In this document: positions 9,066-17,632 of the stretch, piece by piece
Position numbering within the stretch: position 1 is the stretch's first letter
Layout: every line of letters starts with the position of its first letter
Translations under genes and position numbers: made by a program
Notes under the pieces: model-generated
What the model saw: the letters and a program-made list of their open reading frames with translations, nothing else
Told to the model about the DNA's origin: nothing
The model's database searches: none
DNA from: Acidobacteriota bacterium
GTDB lineage: Bacteria; Acidobacteriota; UBA6911; RPQK01; CBDAPI01
Length of the DNA stretch: 64,000 nucleotides
Reading direction: 5' to 3'
Assembly (NCBI GenBank): GCA_965248635.1
Contig: OZ252114.1
Span: forward strand, 2,847,814-2,911,813

Positions 9066-10889
9066 CTAGTTACCGTCGGAAATCCTCACACCGAGCAGGC
9101 GCCGGGATCCCTCTTCCCTATCTTCGAAAAACCGTGCAGTACCCGCCTTTCCCTGCAGGTGACGACAGGGGTTGAAGGGATCGCTCCTGGAGGGCACGAT
9201 GTACTCGACAACCGTGTAGTCCCAGGAAATGAGGCTGAGTGCTCCCTCTTTCCCCTGGACCGTCAGTTCCAGATAAGCCGGCTCTTGGTAGCGAACGGAC
9301 GAGAACTTGCCCGCAGCCTCGCGAATCAGACTGGTCGGGATCTCGCCTGGCTGGTTTTCATCGGAGCTTCCTGTTTCCAGAGCGTACTCATAGGTCCAAC
9401 CGGCCGTGCTCTCGACCGGGCGTTCATCGATCTGCCGGGACAGCCTTTCGGAGATCTCGCGGTCCTCTCTGGTAGTGGCGATTCTTTCCATTTTGGCCAC
9501 CACCTGTCTAGCTTCATCCAATCGTTCCCGGGCCAGCAGTGAATAGCCCAGCGTTTGGAGAAGTCTCATGTTGGCAGGCTCCAGCCGGCAGGCCTCGGTG
9601 GCGAGATCAACAGCCTCTTCCAGTTTTGCGTTTTGTCGCAGGAAATGGCGTGCCAGAGCCGAGTAAGAATATGGGAAAGCAGGGCGTAGTCGGATAGCCT
9701 GGCGCAGACTGCTCTCGATACGGCCCCTGGCCGGATCCGATTCATGCCTCTCCGTTGAGGCGAGATAGGCAAAAAGGTAGTGCGACAGGTAGCTGGAGGA
9801 GTTTAGATTGACCGCTTGTTCAAAGGCATCGAAGGCTCTCTTCATGCGCCCTGCGCGATAGTGCAGGTAACCGAGGCTTTCAAAGGACAGCGCCTCGTTT
9901 GGATTCACACTCAAGGCACGATAGATCAGGTCCTGCGCTTCACCCTCCCGGTCATTTCGAACCAGAAATGCCGCGCGAATGGAAAAGGCCTCGGCCGGCG
10001 ACAAGGATGAGGCTTCAAGATCAACTGGTTCCCGGAGCCCAGGAGGGTAGGTATAGAAGCGAAACTCGTCCCCGGCCACGTAATCGGCCAGGTTCTTCTC
10101 CAGCTCGGGAAGAGCTCCCAGAGCCATTTGCACAGCCCGCTCTCTGAGCTCTCCCCGCTGCATGAGGCCCAGAAGTTCGTCAATCGGGCTGTTGGTTCCC
10201 TCGCCCCGGCCCGCCGTCATCAGATAGTGGGTCATCGCCCAGGCCTGGCTGTAAAAGATGGACGCTTTCTGCGCCTCGTTGTAGTATGCAGATCTCCGAT
10301 CCACTGCAAAGAGGGTTCTGAGGGGAAGCATTTTCTCGGAGCGAAGCCGGGAAACGTGCCCTTGACTGGGAAGGCCAACCGCAATTCCGTCCTCGGAGAT
10401 TCGAGTATGAGCGTAGAACTCAGCCAGACCCTCGCTCAGCCACAGCGGAACCCTGGGATGGTTGATCCTCAAGAGCAGGTGAAAGTACTCGTGGTAGAGC
10501 GTCCGATAGGGTGTTGAGCCCTGTACGTCCAGGCGCAGAGCGACGTAGTGTCTTTCGGGGCCGGCCAAGAACACTCCTGCCGGTTTCAGTGAGTTGGATC
10601 GTTCCCAGTACTGGGGCAAGAGTTCTCGAAGTGATTCTTCATCCCTTACAGCGAGGATGACGATGGGCTGTCCGGGGTCCGTCCTGGCACCCGGAAGTGC
10701 CTGTCGGAAGGCCCCTCGAATCTGCTCGAACCGAAGTGTCGCCTCGCTGGCCGCTTCGACGCCGGCGTTGGACACCAGCGTGAAGTGTGGACTTCGGACC
10801 TGAATCCATTCGCTTTCGGCAGACAGTCCTCCGGCCCGAAGGGGCACCATCACCAGAATCAGGATCCGCCAACCAGCAAGTCGTCGCAT
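9066..10889 (-). CDS. secreted HExxH (peptidase MA / DUF1570-like) domain protein with C-terminal TPR repeats
   Basis: ORF 9066..10919. The likely start is MRRLAGWRILILVMVPL (signal) at 10889, preceded by GAGGA. Zinc motif YHEYFHLLL followed by WLSEGLAEFYA, with multiple TPR-like repeats after residue ~300. Confidence 0.75.
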   Translation of the reverse strand: MRRLAGWRILILVMVPLRAGGLSAESEWIQVRSPHFTLVSNAGVEAASEATLRFEQIRGAFRQALPGARTDPGQPIVILAVRDEESLRELLPQYWERSNSLKPAGVFLAGPERHYVALRLDVQGSTPYRTLYHEYFHLLLRINHPRVPLWLSEGLAEFYAHTRISEDGIAVGLPSQGHVSRLRSEKMLPLRTLFAVDRRSAYYNEAQKASIFYSQAWAMTHYLMTAGRGEGTNSPIDELLGLMQRGELRERAVQMALGALPELEKNLADYVAGDEFRFYTYPPGLREPVDLEASSLSPAEAFSIRAAFLVRNDREGEAQDLIYRALSVNPNEALSFESLGYLHYRAGRMKRAFDAFEQAVNLNSSSYLSHYLFAYLASTERHESDPARGRIESSLRQAIRLRPAFPYSYSALARHFLRQNAKLEEAVDLATEACRLEPANMRLLQTLGYSLLARERLDEARQVVAKMERIATTREDREISERLSRQIDERPVESTAGWTYEYALETGSSDENQPGEIPTSLIREAAGKFSSVRYQEPAYLELTVQGKEGALSLISWDYTVVEYIVPSRSDPFNPCRHLQGKAGTARFFEDREEGSRRLLGVRISDGN

Positions 10890-10908
10890 GGTTTCCTCAA
10901 GCCAGGAT

Positions 10909-11760
10909 CTAAACATCACCTACGCCAGTAACGAACGAGAGAACGACGGCAGCGGCGGTCAGGAGCAGACAAACGCCTGCCGCGGCCAGATGGTTCAAGC
11001 GCTCAGGCAAAAGGGGATTGAGGAATGCAGCTGTTGCGAATCCGCCGACGAAGCCCCCCAGGTGGGCCCAATTATCGATTTGGGGCATCATGAACCCGAA
11101 GAGGAACAGAATGACAGCGTAGGTCTGGGCCTGGCGACTGATCTGCGAGGCTATGCCTCGCCGGCCCGAGTAGACCAGGGCCCCGAGCAGTCCAAAAATG
11201 GCAGCCGAGGCCCCCAGGGTGAAATCGGCTCCACCGATGAACGGTATCCCCCCGAAAAAGAGTCCAGCCAGGCTGGAGAAGGAGAAACCTACGGCGCTGG
11301 AGGCGGTGTAAATCACAACCGTGCGGCCGGGCCCATAGATTTCGGCTGTGACCGGAGCCAGCTGCCGGACCCACATCAGATTGAAAGCGATGTGCAGCAA
11401 GCTGCCGTGCAGCCACCCGGCGCTCAAAACCGTCCACCAGCGGCCCAGTTGAAAGACGGGAACCGCACCGCTCATCCCCAGGACGTAGGAGCCCTTGAGG
11501 CTCGGAGCCAGCAGGCTAAAAAGACCTCCGCCGCCGATCCCACTCGGATCAAGTGCCAGCGAAACCAGATAGAGCACACCACAGGTGACCATGGCGATCT
11601 TGGTGAAGCCCAGATCGCTGCCCAACCTGCGCAGCGTCGGGCCAAAGCCCCAGAGGCCGGGGTAAGGGGTTCCGCAGTGGTAGCAGGTGGCATCATTGAC
11701 CCCCACCAGCAAGCTACAGGAGCGGCACACGACGGAGCCACCGGTTTGCCTGAGTCCCAT
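10909..11760 (-). CDS. rhomboid family protease with N-terminal zinc-ribbon
   Basis: ORF 10909..11943. The plausible start is MGLRQTGGSVVCRSCSLLVGVNDATCYHCG (CxxC...CxxC) at 11760. Rhomboid motifs HIAFNLMW, GASAAIFGLLGA and WAHLGGFVGG. The upstream 61 codons run through a hairpin repeat and look non-coding. Confidence 0.85.
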   Translation of the reverse strand: MGLRQTGGSVVCRSCSLLVGVNDATCYHCGTPYPGLWGFGPTLRRLGSDLGFTKIAMVTCGVLYLVSLALDPSGIGGGGLFSLLAPSLKGSYVLGMSGAVPVFQLGRWWTVLSAGWLHGSLLHIAFNLMWVRQLAPVTAEIYGPGRTVVIYTASSAVGFSFSSLAGLFFGGIPFIGGADFTLGASAAIFGLLGALVYSGRRGIASQISRQAQTYAVILFLFGFMMPQIDNWAHLGGFVGGFATAAFLNPLLPERLNHLAAAGVCLLLTAAAVVLSFVTGVGDV

Positions 11761-11824
11761 TCTTCTCCTTCCCCTTGCGCCTGCTGGTCGTGGTGCACGA
11801 GAGCCCTCGCCCCACCTGCGGCAG

Positions 11825-11934
11825 CTAGTGCACTGTCCGGGAAGTCCGCGGAGAGGGCTCAGGGCTACGGCCGGGAATTTAAACGTTCTCCGCCCTGAGC
11901 CCTCTCCGCGGACTTCCCGGACAGCACACACTAG
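11825..11934. mobile_element. MITE-like 110-bp hairpin element bounded by CTAG
   Basis: Arms 11833-11865 and 11892-11924 form a perfect 33-bp inverted repeat (ctgtccgggaagtccgcggagagggctcagggc). The loop is 26 nt. The outer ctagtg/cactag ends pair after a small bubble. Termini CTAGTGCA equal those of the IS630-family element at 49004-50497. No ORF. Confidence 0.55.
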
Positions 11935-11952
11935 AACCGTCATAATATACGA

Positions 11953-14163
11953 TTGGTCGGATACATGGCTCGATTTAGAAGGATGCCTTTCCCGTGTACT
12001 CCCCTGCTTCTAACCCTCTGCGTGTTTGCAAATGTGATTGCCAGGGAGGGAGTCGTTCTGATGGATGGTCGGGCTGTTTCGAATGCCACGGTCACGATCC
12101 TGGGGCACTCGGGCAGTGCCCGCACAGACCACAACGGCCGCTTTCGCTGGAACCCCCTGCCCTGGCCCCCCTTTGAAGTGCTGGTGGTCCTTCCCAACGG
12201 CCAGTATTCGGCACCGGTACTGATCAGGGAGATCTCCCCCGACGGAATCCTCCAGGTACGGGTTGTGCCGGTCGCCGAGGATGAAATTGTGGTCACCTCC
12301 GGCGTCACTCCAAACATAGAAGTCCCGAACGCCAACGGCAAGACCACACTGAGTGCGGCCGAACTGGAGATCGAGCAGCCGGGGCGGGTTGTGGAAGCTC
12401 TGACCAGTCTTCCCGGAGTCAGCAGCATCTCCGAAGGCCAGGCGGCTGTGCCCACCATACGAGGGCTGGCCCGGGGGCGTACGATCGTCCTGATCGACGG
12501 AGGCAGGGTCTCTACCGAACGCCGGGCTGGTCCCAGCGCCACTTTTGTGGATCCCTTCATGCTGGAAGCAGTCGAGGTCGCCCGGGGGCCCGGCTCAGTG
12601 GCTTACGGTTCTGATGCGTTTGGGGGCGTGATCCACATGAGAACGCGAAAACCGCGATTGAGCCAGGATCTCGACGTGAAGCTGGCAGCGGGAGCGGGCT
12701 TCGGCATTCCGGGCCTGATGGGCAGCATGCAGGCAGCCCAGGGCTTTCAGAACTGGGCGTACCTGCTGCGCGGCAGTGTCAGGGAGTTCCAGGACTACCG
12801 CAGTCCGGCGGGAGAAATCACCAATTCCGGAGCCAAGAGCCGTAATGTCGGCTTCTCCACGCTCCATGGGCTGGCGGAGGGCCTTCTGACTCTGGGCTGG
12901 CAGACCGACCTCGGACGGGAGATAGGAAAACCGCGGAATGACTCCCTGAGCAATCTTTTCTACTACCCCGAGGAAGAGTCGAATCGATTCACGGCAAGCT
13001 ACGAGTTCCCGCCTTTCGCTGAGCTCTCGCGGCTCAAGATGGACTTCTTTGTCGGCCAGTACCGGCTGGTTACGACCCGCGATCAATCTCCTCAAGATGA
13101 TGCAGGACGGACGATTTCAACCTCGGACGTGGACGCTTCAGACTTCGGCTTTCGGGTCCTCGGGATCAAGCCCTTGCGGCGTGCCCGTCTCGAGTTCGGC
13201 ATAGATATGAACGGGCGTTTTGGCCTTGAAGCTGTGGGAACAGAGAGGGTCTTCGACACCTCGGAACAGATCCTCAGCAGTACCAGCGAAAAGGCCATTG
13301 AGAATGCCGGCAGCTTTGACGCGGGCTTGTTTTCCAACGCTGAAGTCGGCTTGAGCCGTGCCGTCAGCATAGCCGGCGGGATCCGATTCGACCACATCTC
13401 GACGAAGAATCAGGGTGGCATCTTCGGTGATCTTTCGACTTCAGATTCTGCTTTTTCAGGCTATGGCTCGGCAAGTCTGACTCTGCGGTCGGGATTCTCG
13501 CTCACTGGCCAGGTGTCCCGTGGGTTTCGGGACCCGACCCTTTCAGATCGGTACTTTCAAGGCTTGAGCGGCAGAGGTCTCATTACAGGGAACCCTCTCC
13601 TGGAGCCGGAAACAAGCCTCCAGTACGATCTTGCTGCTCGTTACAGCCACAGAGGGGCTGGAATCGCTCTCTACCTGTATCGATACCGAATCTCTGGCCT
13701 GATCGAGCGCTTTGAAGCCGAGCCGGATATGTTCTTTTTTCGGAATCGCGGCGAGGCTCTGATCCGTGGGGTCGAAGTGGAGTCGCATTTCCTGGTGACT
13801 GGAGGTTGGGGGCTGAAAGCAGCAGCACAGTGGCTCCGCGGAGAATCCGAAGAAGGTGATGCTCTGGCTGACATCCCCCCCCGAAGCCTGGGCTTTCACG
13901 TGTCGAAGCGCATTTCTGAAAGGGCTCAGATCCAGCTTCGATCCACCCTGTTTGACCGTGACGACAGACCCGGGCCGACGGAGGTGGCAACTCCGGGGCA
14001 TGTCCGCTTTGATCTACTCGGGAGAGTTCGATTGGGCCGGCTCGTCTCGCTGGTCGGAGAGATGAGAAACCTGCTCGACAAAGACTATCCGGCCAGCCCC
14101 GATTCGCGCTCCCCACTGGCCCCGGGCCGGTCTGGCGGATTCATGGTCCTCTTTGATTTTTGA
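11953..14163 (+). CDS. TonB-dependent receptor (carboxypeptidase-regulatory-like N-domain, plug, beta-barrel)
   Basis: 736 aa with a signal peptide. Contains an ATVTILGHSGSARTDHNGRFRW CarboxypepD_reg-like segment and plug region GVSSISEGQAAVPTIRGLARGRTIVLIDG. The barrel ends in the C-terminal ...MVLFDF aromatic residue. The start could be 11965. Confidence 0.9.
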   Translation: MVGYMARFRRMPFPCTPLLLTLCVFANVIAREGVVLMDGRAVSNATVTILGHSGSARTDHNGRFRWNPLPWPPFEVLVVLPNGQYSAPVLIREISPDGILQVRVVPVAEDEIVVTSGVTPNIEVPNANGKTTLSAAELEIEQPGRVVEALTSLPGVSSISEGQAAVPTIRGLARGRTIVLIDGGRVSTERRAGPSATFVDPFMLEAVEVARGPGSVAYGSDAFGGVIHMRTRKPRLSQDLDVKLAAGAGFGIPGLMGSMQAAQGFQNWAYLLRGSVREFQDYRSPAGEITNSGAKSRNVGFSTLHGLAEGLLTLGWQTDLGREIGKPRNDSLSNLFYYPEEESNRFTASYEFPPFAELSRLKMDFFVGQYRLVTTRDQSPQDDAGRTISTSDVDASDFGFRVLGIKPLRRARLEFGIDMNGRFGLEAVGTERVFDTSEQILSSTSEKAIENAGSFDAGLFSNAEVGLSRAVSIAGGIRFDHISTKNQGGIFGDLSTSDSAFSGYGSASLTLRSGFSLTGQVSRGFRDPTLSDRYFQGLSGRGLITGNPLLEPETSLQYDLAARYSHRGAGIALYLYRYRISGLIERFEAEPDMFFFRNRGEALIRGVEVESHFLVTGGWGLKAAAQWLRGESEEGDALADIPPRSLGFHVSKRISERAQIQLRSTLFDRDDRPGPTEVATPGHVRFDLLGRVRLGRLVSLVGEMRNLLDKDYPASPDSRSPLAPGRSGGFMVLFDF

Positions 14164-14219
14164 GTACTGTAAGTACTGACTCTCATGGCATACCATGAAG
14201 GACTCGCGGAAGGTGTCAG

Positions 14220-14723
14220 ATGGAAAACGGAAACGGCAGGCCCGGCTTTGCAGTTCGACTCTATCGTGAAGATCTGAACTTCTCCGCGGCCCACATTTCA
14301 ACCTATGGAGACTTGATGGAGGGGCAACATGGCCACAACTATCAGTTGTCCATCGAGATCCGAGGCCCCCTGGACAAGGACTGCCTGGTTATTGATTTTC
14401 GGGTGGTCAAGGAGATCGTGAAGTCGATCAAGGGCACTCTCAACCACCGAACTCTGGTTCCGGGAAGACACCCCGGTCTGTCCATCGAACAGGGCGAGAA
14501 ATCCACCAGGATTCGCTTCGCCGACGAGCAGCTGGAACTGCCAACCCGCGATGTTGTTCTCCTTGACGTGGAGAACTTAACATCAGAAATGCTGGCCTTG
14601 CACATCTTCGAATCCATTCGAGAGCGCCTTCCGGCTGCAGACCTCGAGCGCCTGGACTCGCTCAGTGTCGAGGTGATCGAATCACCGGGACAATCGGCCA
14701 GCTACTCGGGGGCGCTCTCCTGA
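14220..14723 (+). CDS. 6-pyruvoyl-tetrahydropterin synthase / QueD family protein
   Basis: 167 aa. FSAAHISTYGDLMEGQHGHNYQLSIEIRG matches the PTPS/QueD His-rich zinc/catalytic region. Confidence 0.8.
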   Translation: MENGNGRPGFAVRLYREDLNFSAAHISTYGDLMEGQHGHNYQLSIEIRGPLDKDCLVIDFRVVKEIVKSIKGTLNHRTLVPGRHPGLSIEQGEKSTRIRFADEQLELPTRDVVLLDVENLTSEMLALHIFESIRERLPAADLERLDSLSVEVIESPGQSASYSGALS

Positions 14724-14724
14724 G

Positions 14725-14820
14725 GGTTCCAACGTTCCAACGTTGGAACCCTCGAACGCTGGAACGTTGGAACCTTGGAACGTTGGAACCTTGGAACGTT
14801 GGAACGTCTTCCGCGTTCCG
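14725..14820. repeat. tandem/palindromic GGAACGTT word array filling a convergent-gene spacer
   Basis: A 16-bp perfect palindrome gttccaacgttggaac lies at 14734-14749. Three tandem 16-bp units (ggaacgttggaacctt x2, ggaacgttggaacgtc) lie at 14761-14808. Confidence 0.9.
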
Positions 14821-14824
14821 CGCG

Positions 14825-17512
14825 CTAGCTGACAGCAATCAAATCCTGTTGGGTCGCCTGGGTTCTGTATCCATACAAGTTGACCAGCAGGCGCTCGGTC
14901 GTGCTCTTGCTGGCCGCCGGGGAGTAGAGGTTGCCCTGACCGTAGTGGCATTTGAAGTTGCGGAGGATTGCGGCATTTGAGGCCGAATCAATCCCCTCGG
15001 CAATCACGCTTACACCCAGGGAATTGCTGAGTCGAATCATGGCCTCGACAAGATTGACCGTGTTCTCGTCGTCGAGGCGGCGAATCAGACTGCGGTTTAC
15101 TTTGATCGACTCGATGGGCAGTTGTTGAAGGTGATTGAGGGAAAAATTTCCTGTCCCGAAGTCATCCAATTGCATCGCAACTCCGAGTCGCTTGATCTCG
15201 TCGAGTTTTCGGCTCTGTTCCGCGTCGTCCGGTTGCGTCTCGGGAAGCTCGAGCTTGAGGCAGACCGGATCCAAACCTGTTTTGGTCAGAGTTTCACTGA
15301 GGCCGTCGACCAGGTTGGGCTGCCTGATCATTCCGGTCTCGACGTTGACGCTCACCCACAATCTCTCCTGGCCGGGGATCAGCCGGTTCCACACTCGAAT
15401 CTGTTGACAGGCTTCTTCCAGGGCCCACCAGTCCAGATCTGCCGCCAGGCCGCATTCGCGAGCGAGAGGGACGAATTCTCTCGGCCTGAGAAGCCCCTTT
15501 TCGGGATGGCGCCACCTCAGCAGTGCTTCAAAGCCGACGATCTCGGAAGTCTCAATCTTGACGACGGGCTGGTAATAGAGCGTGAATTCGCCCCTTTCCA
15601 GTGCCAGGTAGAGATCGCCCTCGAGGTTCCGTTGTTCGAGTGAGCGAGCCTTCATCTCCGCATCGAAGATCTTGTAGCCTCCCGGCCCCCCCAGCTTGGC
15701 TCGATACATTGCCGAATCGGCGTCTCTCAACATATCCTGGGAGCGCTCGTAGCCGGATTCGCTCAAGGCAATTCCGATGCTGAGCGAGACATCGATCAGT
15801 TGGTCCGGAAAACGAAAAGACTCCTGGAGGCGGGAGCCGATACGCTCGGCGATGCTGGAGGCATCCTCCCCGCTTCTGACTCTTTCACACAAAATGGTGA
15901 ACTCATCGCCCCCCACCCGTGCCACCAGGTCAGCGGGTCCGACACACGACTGTAGACGTCGCCCGGTTTCAGCCAGCAGGCGGTCTCCGGTGTCGTGGCC
16001 GAATGTGTCGTTGACCCTCTTTAGCTTGTCCAGGTCCAGGAAGAGGAGAGCAAAATGAAAGTCCTTGTTTCTCTTCGTTCTCTCCAGCGCTCTGGCAAGT
16101 CTTTCCTGAAAATGGGTCCGATTCGCCAGACCGGTCAGGGGATCGTGAAAAGCATCATGCATGAGCCGCTCTTCCGTCACCTTGAAGCTGGTGATGTCTG
16201 TTTGCGAACCAATGATCCGGATGGCCATGCTCTCGTCCCTCTCCGCCAATCCGCTGCAGCGCGCCCACAGGTAGTTCCCGTTTCGATGCTTGATGCGGTA
16301 CTCGGCGGAAAGTCGTTCGTTGGGTCCCTGAACCAGCGACGTCAGTGAAATCTGCAGGGGTCTCCGGTCCTCGGGATGCACGCGATCGAGCCATTCATCC
16401 AGGCTGTTCTCGATTTCCTCCTCGTCGTACCCCAGCATCGACTTCCAGCGTGGTGAGTAGTAGAGCGTGTTGCGCCGCAGGTCCCATTCCCAGATGCCGT
16501 CATTGGTTCCCCGCGCGGCCATATCGAAACGGCGCCGGCTGTCCTCGAGCTTGTCCTGCAGGTGGCTTTCGCGAGAAGGGTCGCGCACAATCACGGTGAT
16601 CTCATTCACCTCGTCTCTAGTCACAATTGGAATGAGAGTGAGTTCCATTCTCGGCGAGGTCGAATTCTCAGCGACGAAACTGACTTCGATGAGAAGTGAT
16701 TCCTTTCGGTTGGCAGCCGCCACGGCGTTTCTCAGGGAGCCTACGTCATCCGGGGAAACCACGCTTTCGAGGTCGCAGTTCTGGAACTGGGCACCCTCGC
16801 ATCCGACCACTTCGTCGAACTCTCCGCTGATCCCAATCAGCTTCCCGGACGGCGAAAGAGTGAGGACACATCCCCCTGACTCCCTGACTGCCTTTTCAAA
16901 ATGGGTGTGGAAATAGGCGTGCAGTTGCTCGACGTTCTCGGAAAGACGTTCCAGTTCCCCTGATTGTAGGGGAGTTCTCTGCGACGCCATATCGTACCCG
17001 AAGCGCAGAGATGCAGCCAGAAAAACTCCCAGTGCCAGAGCGTTCCAGTAGCTGGCCATCTCGTCGGCAAACTGGACAAAGAAGTAAAGGAGCAGTACCC
17101 CGAACGCTACATGGACAATGTCGCGGCTGCGGAGAAAGGCGCACAGCAAAGCCAGAGTGCAAAGAACGAAGTGCAGACCGGTGAGTTCACGGCTCACCGA
17201 AAGGACCAGCAGCACCGACAAGCCCGGCAGGATCATGGCCCCCTGGGACAGCAGCGACTTGGGCTGATCTGACAGTTCAGACTGGCGACCCAGCAGTACC
17301 CTCAGCAGGAAGAGAGCCAGGGCTGCCAGTGTGAAGGCCCAGCTCTGAATAACTCCCCAACCCAGGATGGACGAGTTGAGGGCGCAGATGGCCGACAACG
17401 CCGCGGCAACCGTCAATATCCGGAGGTTCACTGCGGGCTCGGCGGGTGCCTGGACGGCTCCATTCAAGGGAGCCGCACTTGTACTATTCGAGTGCCTCTC
17501 GCTTTGACTCAT
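14825..17512 (-). CDS. membrane-bound PAS-GGDEF-EAL protein (c-di-GMP turnover)
   Basis: ORF 14825..17584; the likely start is MSQSERH at 17512. Has an N-terminal polytopic region and PAS segments. GGDEF motif RVGGDEFTIL; EAL motif FEALLRWRHPEKG plus DDFGTG. Confidence 0.9.
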   Translation of the reverse strand: MSQSERHSNSTSAAPLNGAVQAPAEPAVNLRILTVAAALSAICALNSSILGWGVIQSWAFTLAALALFLLRVLLGRQSELSDQPKSLLSQGAMILPGLSVLLVLSVSRELTGLHFVLCTLALLCAFLRSRDIVHVAFGVLLLYFFVQFADEMASYWNALALGVFLAASLRFGYDMASQRTPLQSGELERLSENVEQLHAYFHTHFEKAVRESGGCVLTLSPSGKLIGISGEFDEVVGCEGAQFQNCDLESVVSPDDVGSLRNAVAAANRKESLLIEVSFVAENSTSPRMELTLIPIVTRDEVNEITVIVRDPSRESHLQDKLEDSRRRFDMAARGTNDGIWEWDLRRNTLYYSPRWKSMLGYDEEEIENSLDEWLDRVHPEDRRPLQISLTSLVQGPNERLSAEYRIKHRNGNYLWARCSGLAERDESMAIRIIGSQTDITSFKVTEERLMHDAFHDPLTGLANRTHFQERLARALERTKRNKDFHFALLFLDLDKLKRVNDTFGHDTGDRLLAETGRRLQSCVGPADLVARVGGDEFTILCERVRSGEDASSIAERIGSRLQESFRFPDQLIDVSLSIGIALSESGYERSQDMLRDADSAMYRAKLGGPGGYKIFDAEMKARSLEQRNLEGDLYLALERGEFTLYYQPVVKIETSEIVGFEALLRWRHPEKGLLRPREFVPLARECGLAADLDWWALEEACQQIRVWNRLIPGQERLWVSVNVETGMIRQPNLVDGLSETLTKTGLDPVCLKLELPETQPDDAEQSRKLDEIKRLGVAMQLDDFGTGNFSLNHLQQLPIESIKVNRSLIRRLDDENTVNLVEAMIRLSNSLGVSVIAEGIDSASNAAILRNFKCHYGQGNLYSPAASKSTTERLLVNLYGYRTQATQQDLIAVS

Positions 17513-17632
17513 GACCTCTATCAGCCCGGATGATGCAAATGGATTGTCGCATTCGCTCTTCCAAATGACTGTGACAGGTAGCACCTTCCCCGACGTCGAG
17601 AGTCGCTGTCTGCCGGCCGTCTGCTAAAGTAG

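Noticed and set aside
10888-11898. 336-aa plus-strand ORF, and similar long antisense ORFs. Examples: 356-1039, 11940-12560, 25737-26456, 30505-31560, 35262-36155, 38535-39302, 45184-45888, 46429-47226, 47865-48560, 51644-52630, 58680-59642, 59658-60380.
   Set aside because: These are shadow ORFs opposite well-supported genes in high-GC DNA. Their translations are low-complexity and Arg/Pro/Gly-rich, with no family signal.
11761-11943. N-terminal 61-codon extension of the Zn-ribbon rhomboid ORF
   Set aside because: It runs through the 110-bp hairpin element and encodes Arg/Gly-rich nonsense. The internal ATG at 11760 gives a sensible zinc-ribbon N-terminus.
11935-11952. Fur/Zur box upstream of the TonB-dependent receptor (and the queD-like gene)
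   Set aside because: There is only a short AT-rich patch (cataatatacgatt). No convincing 19-bp palindrome or GATAAT hexamer array is present.
14725-14820. Possible CRISPR array. The same was considered for 23981-24029.
   Set aside because: The units are only 7-16 bp and directly abutting, with no unique spacers of 25-40 bp. No cas genes are present. These are simple tandem or palindromic repeats.
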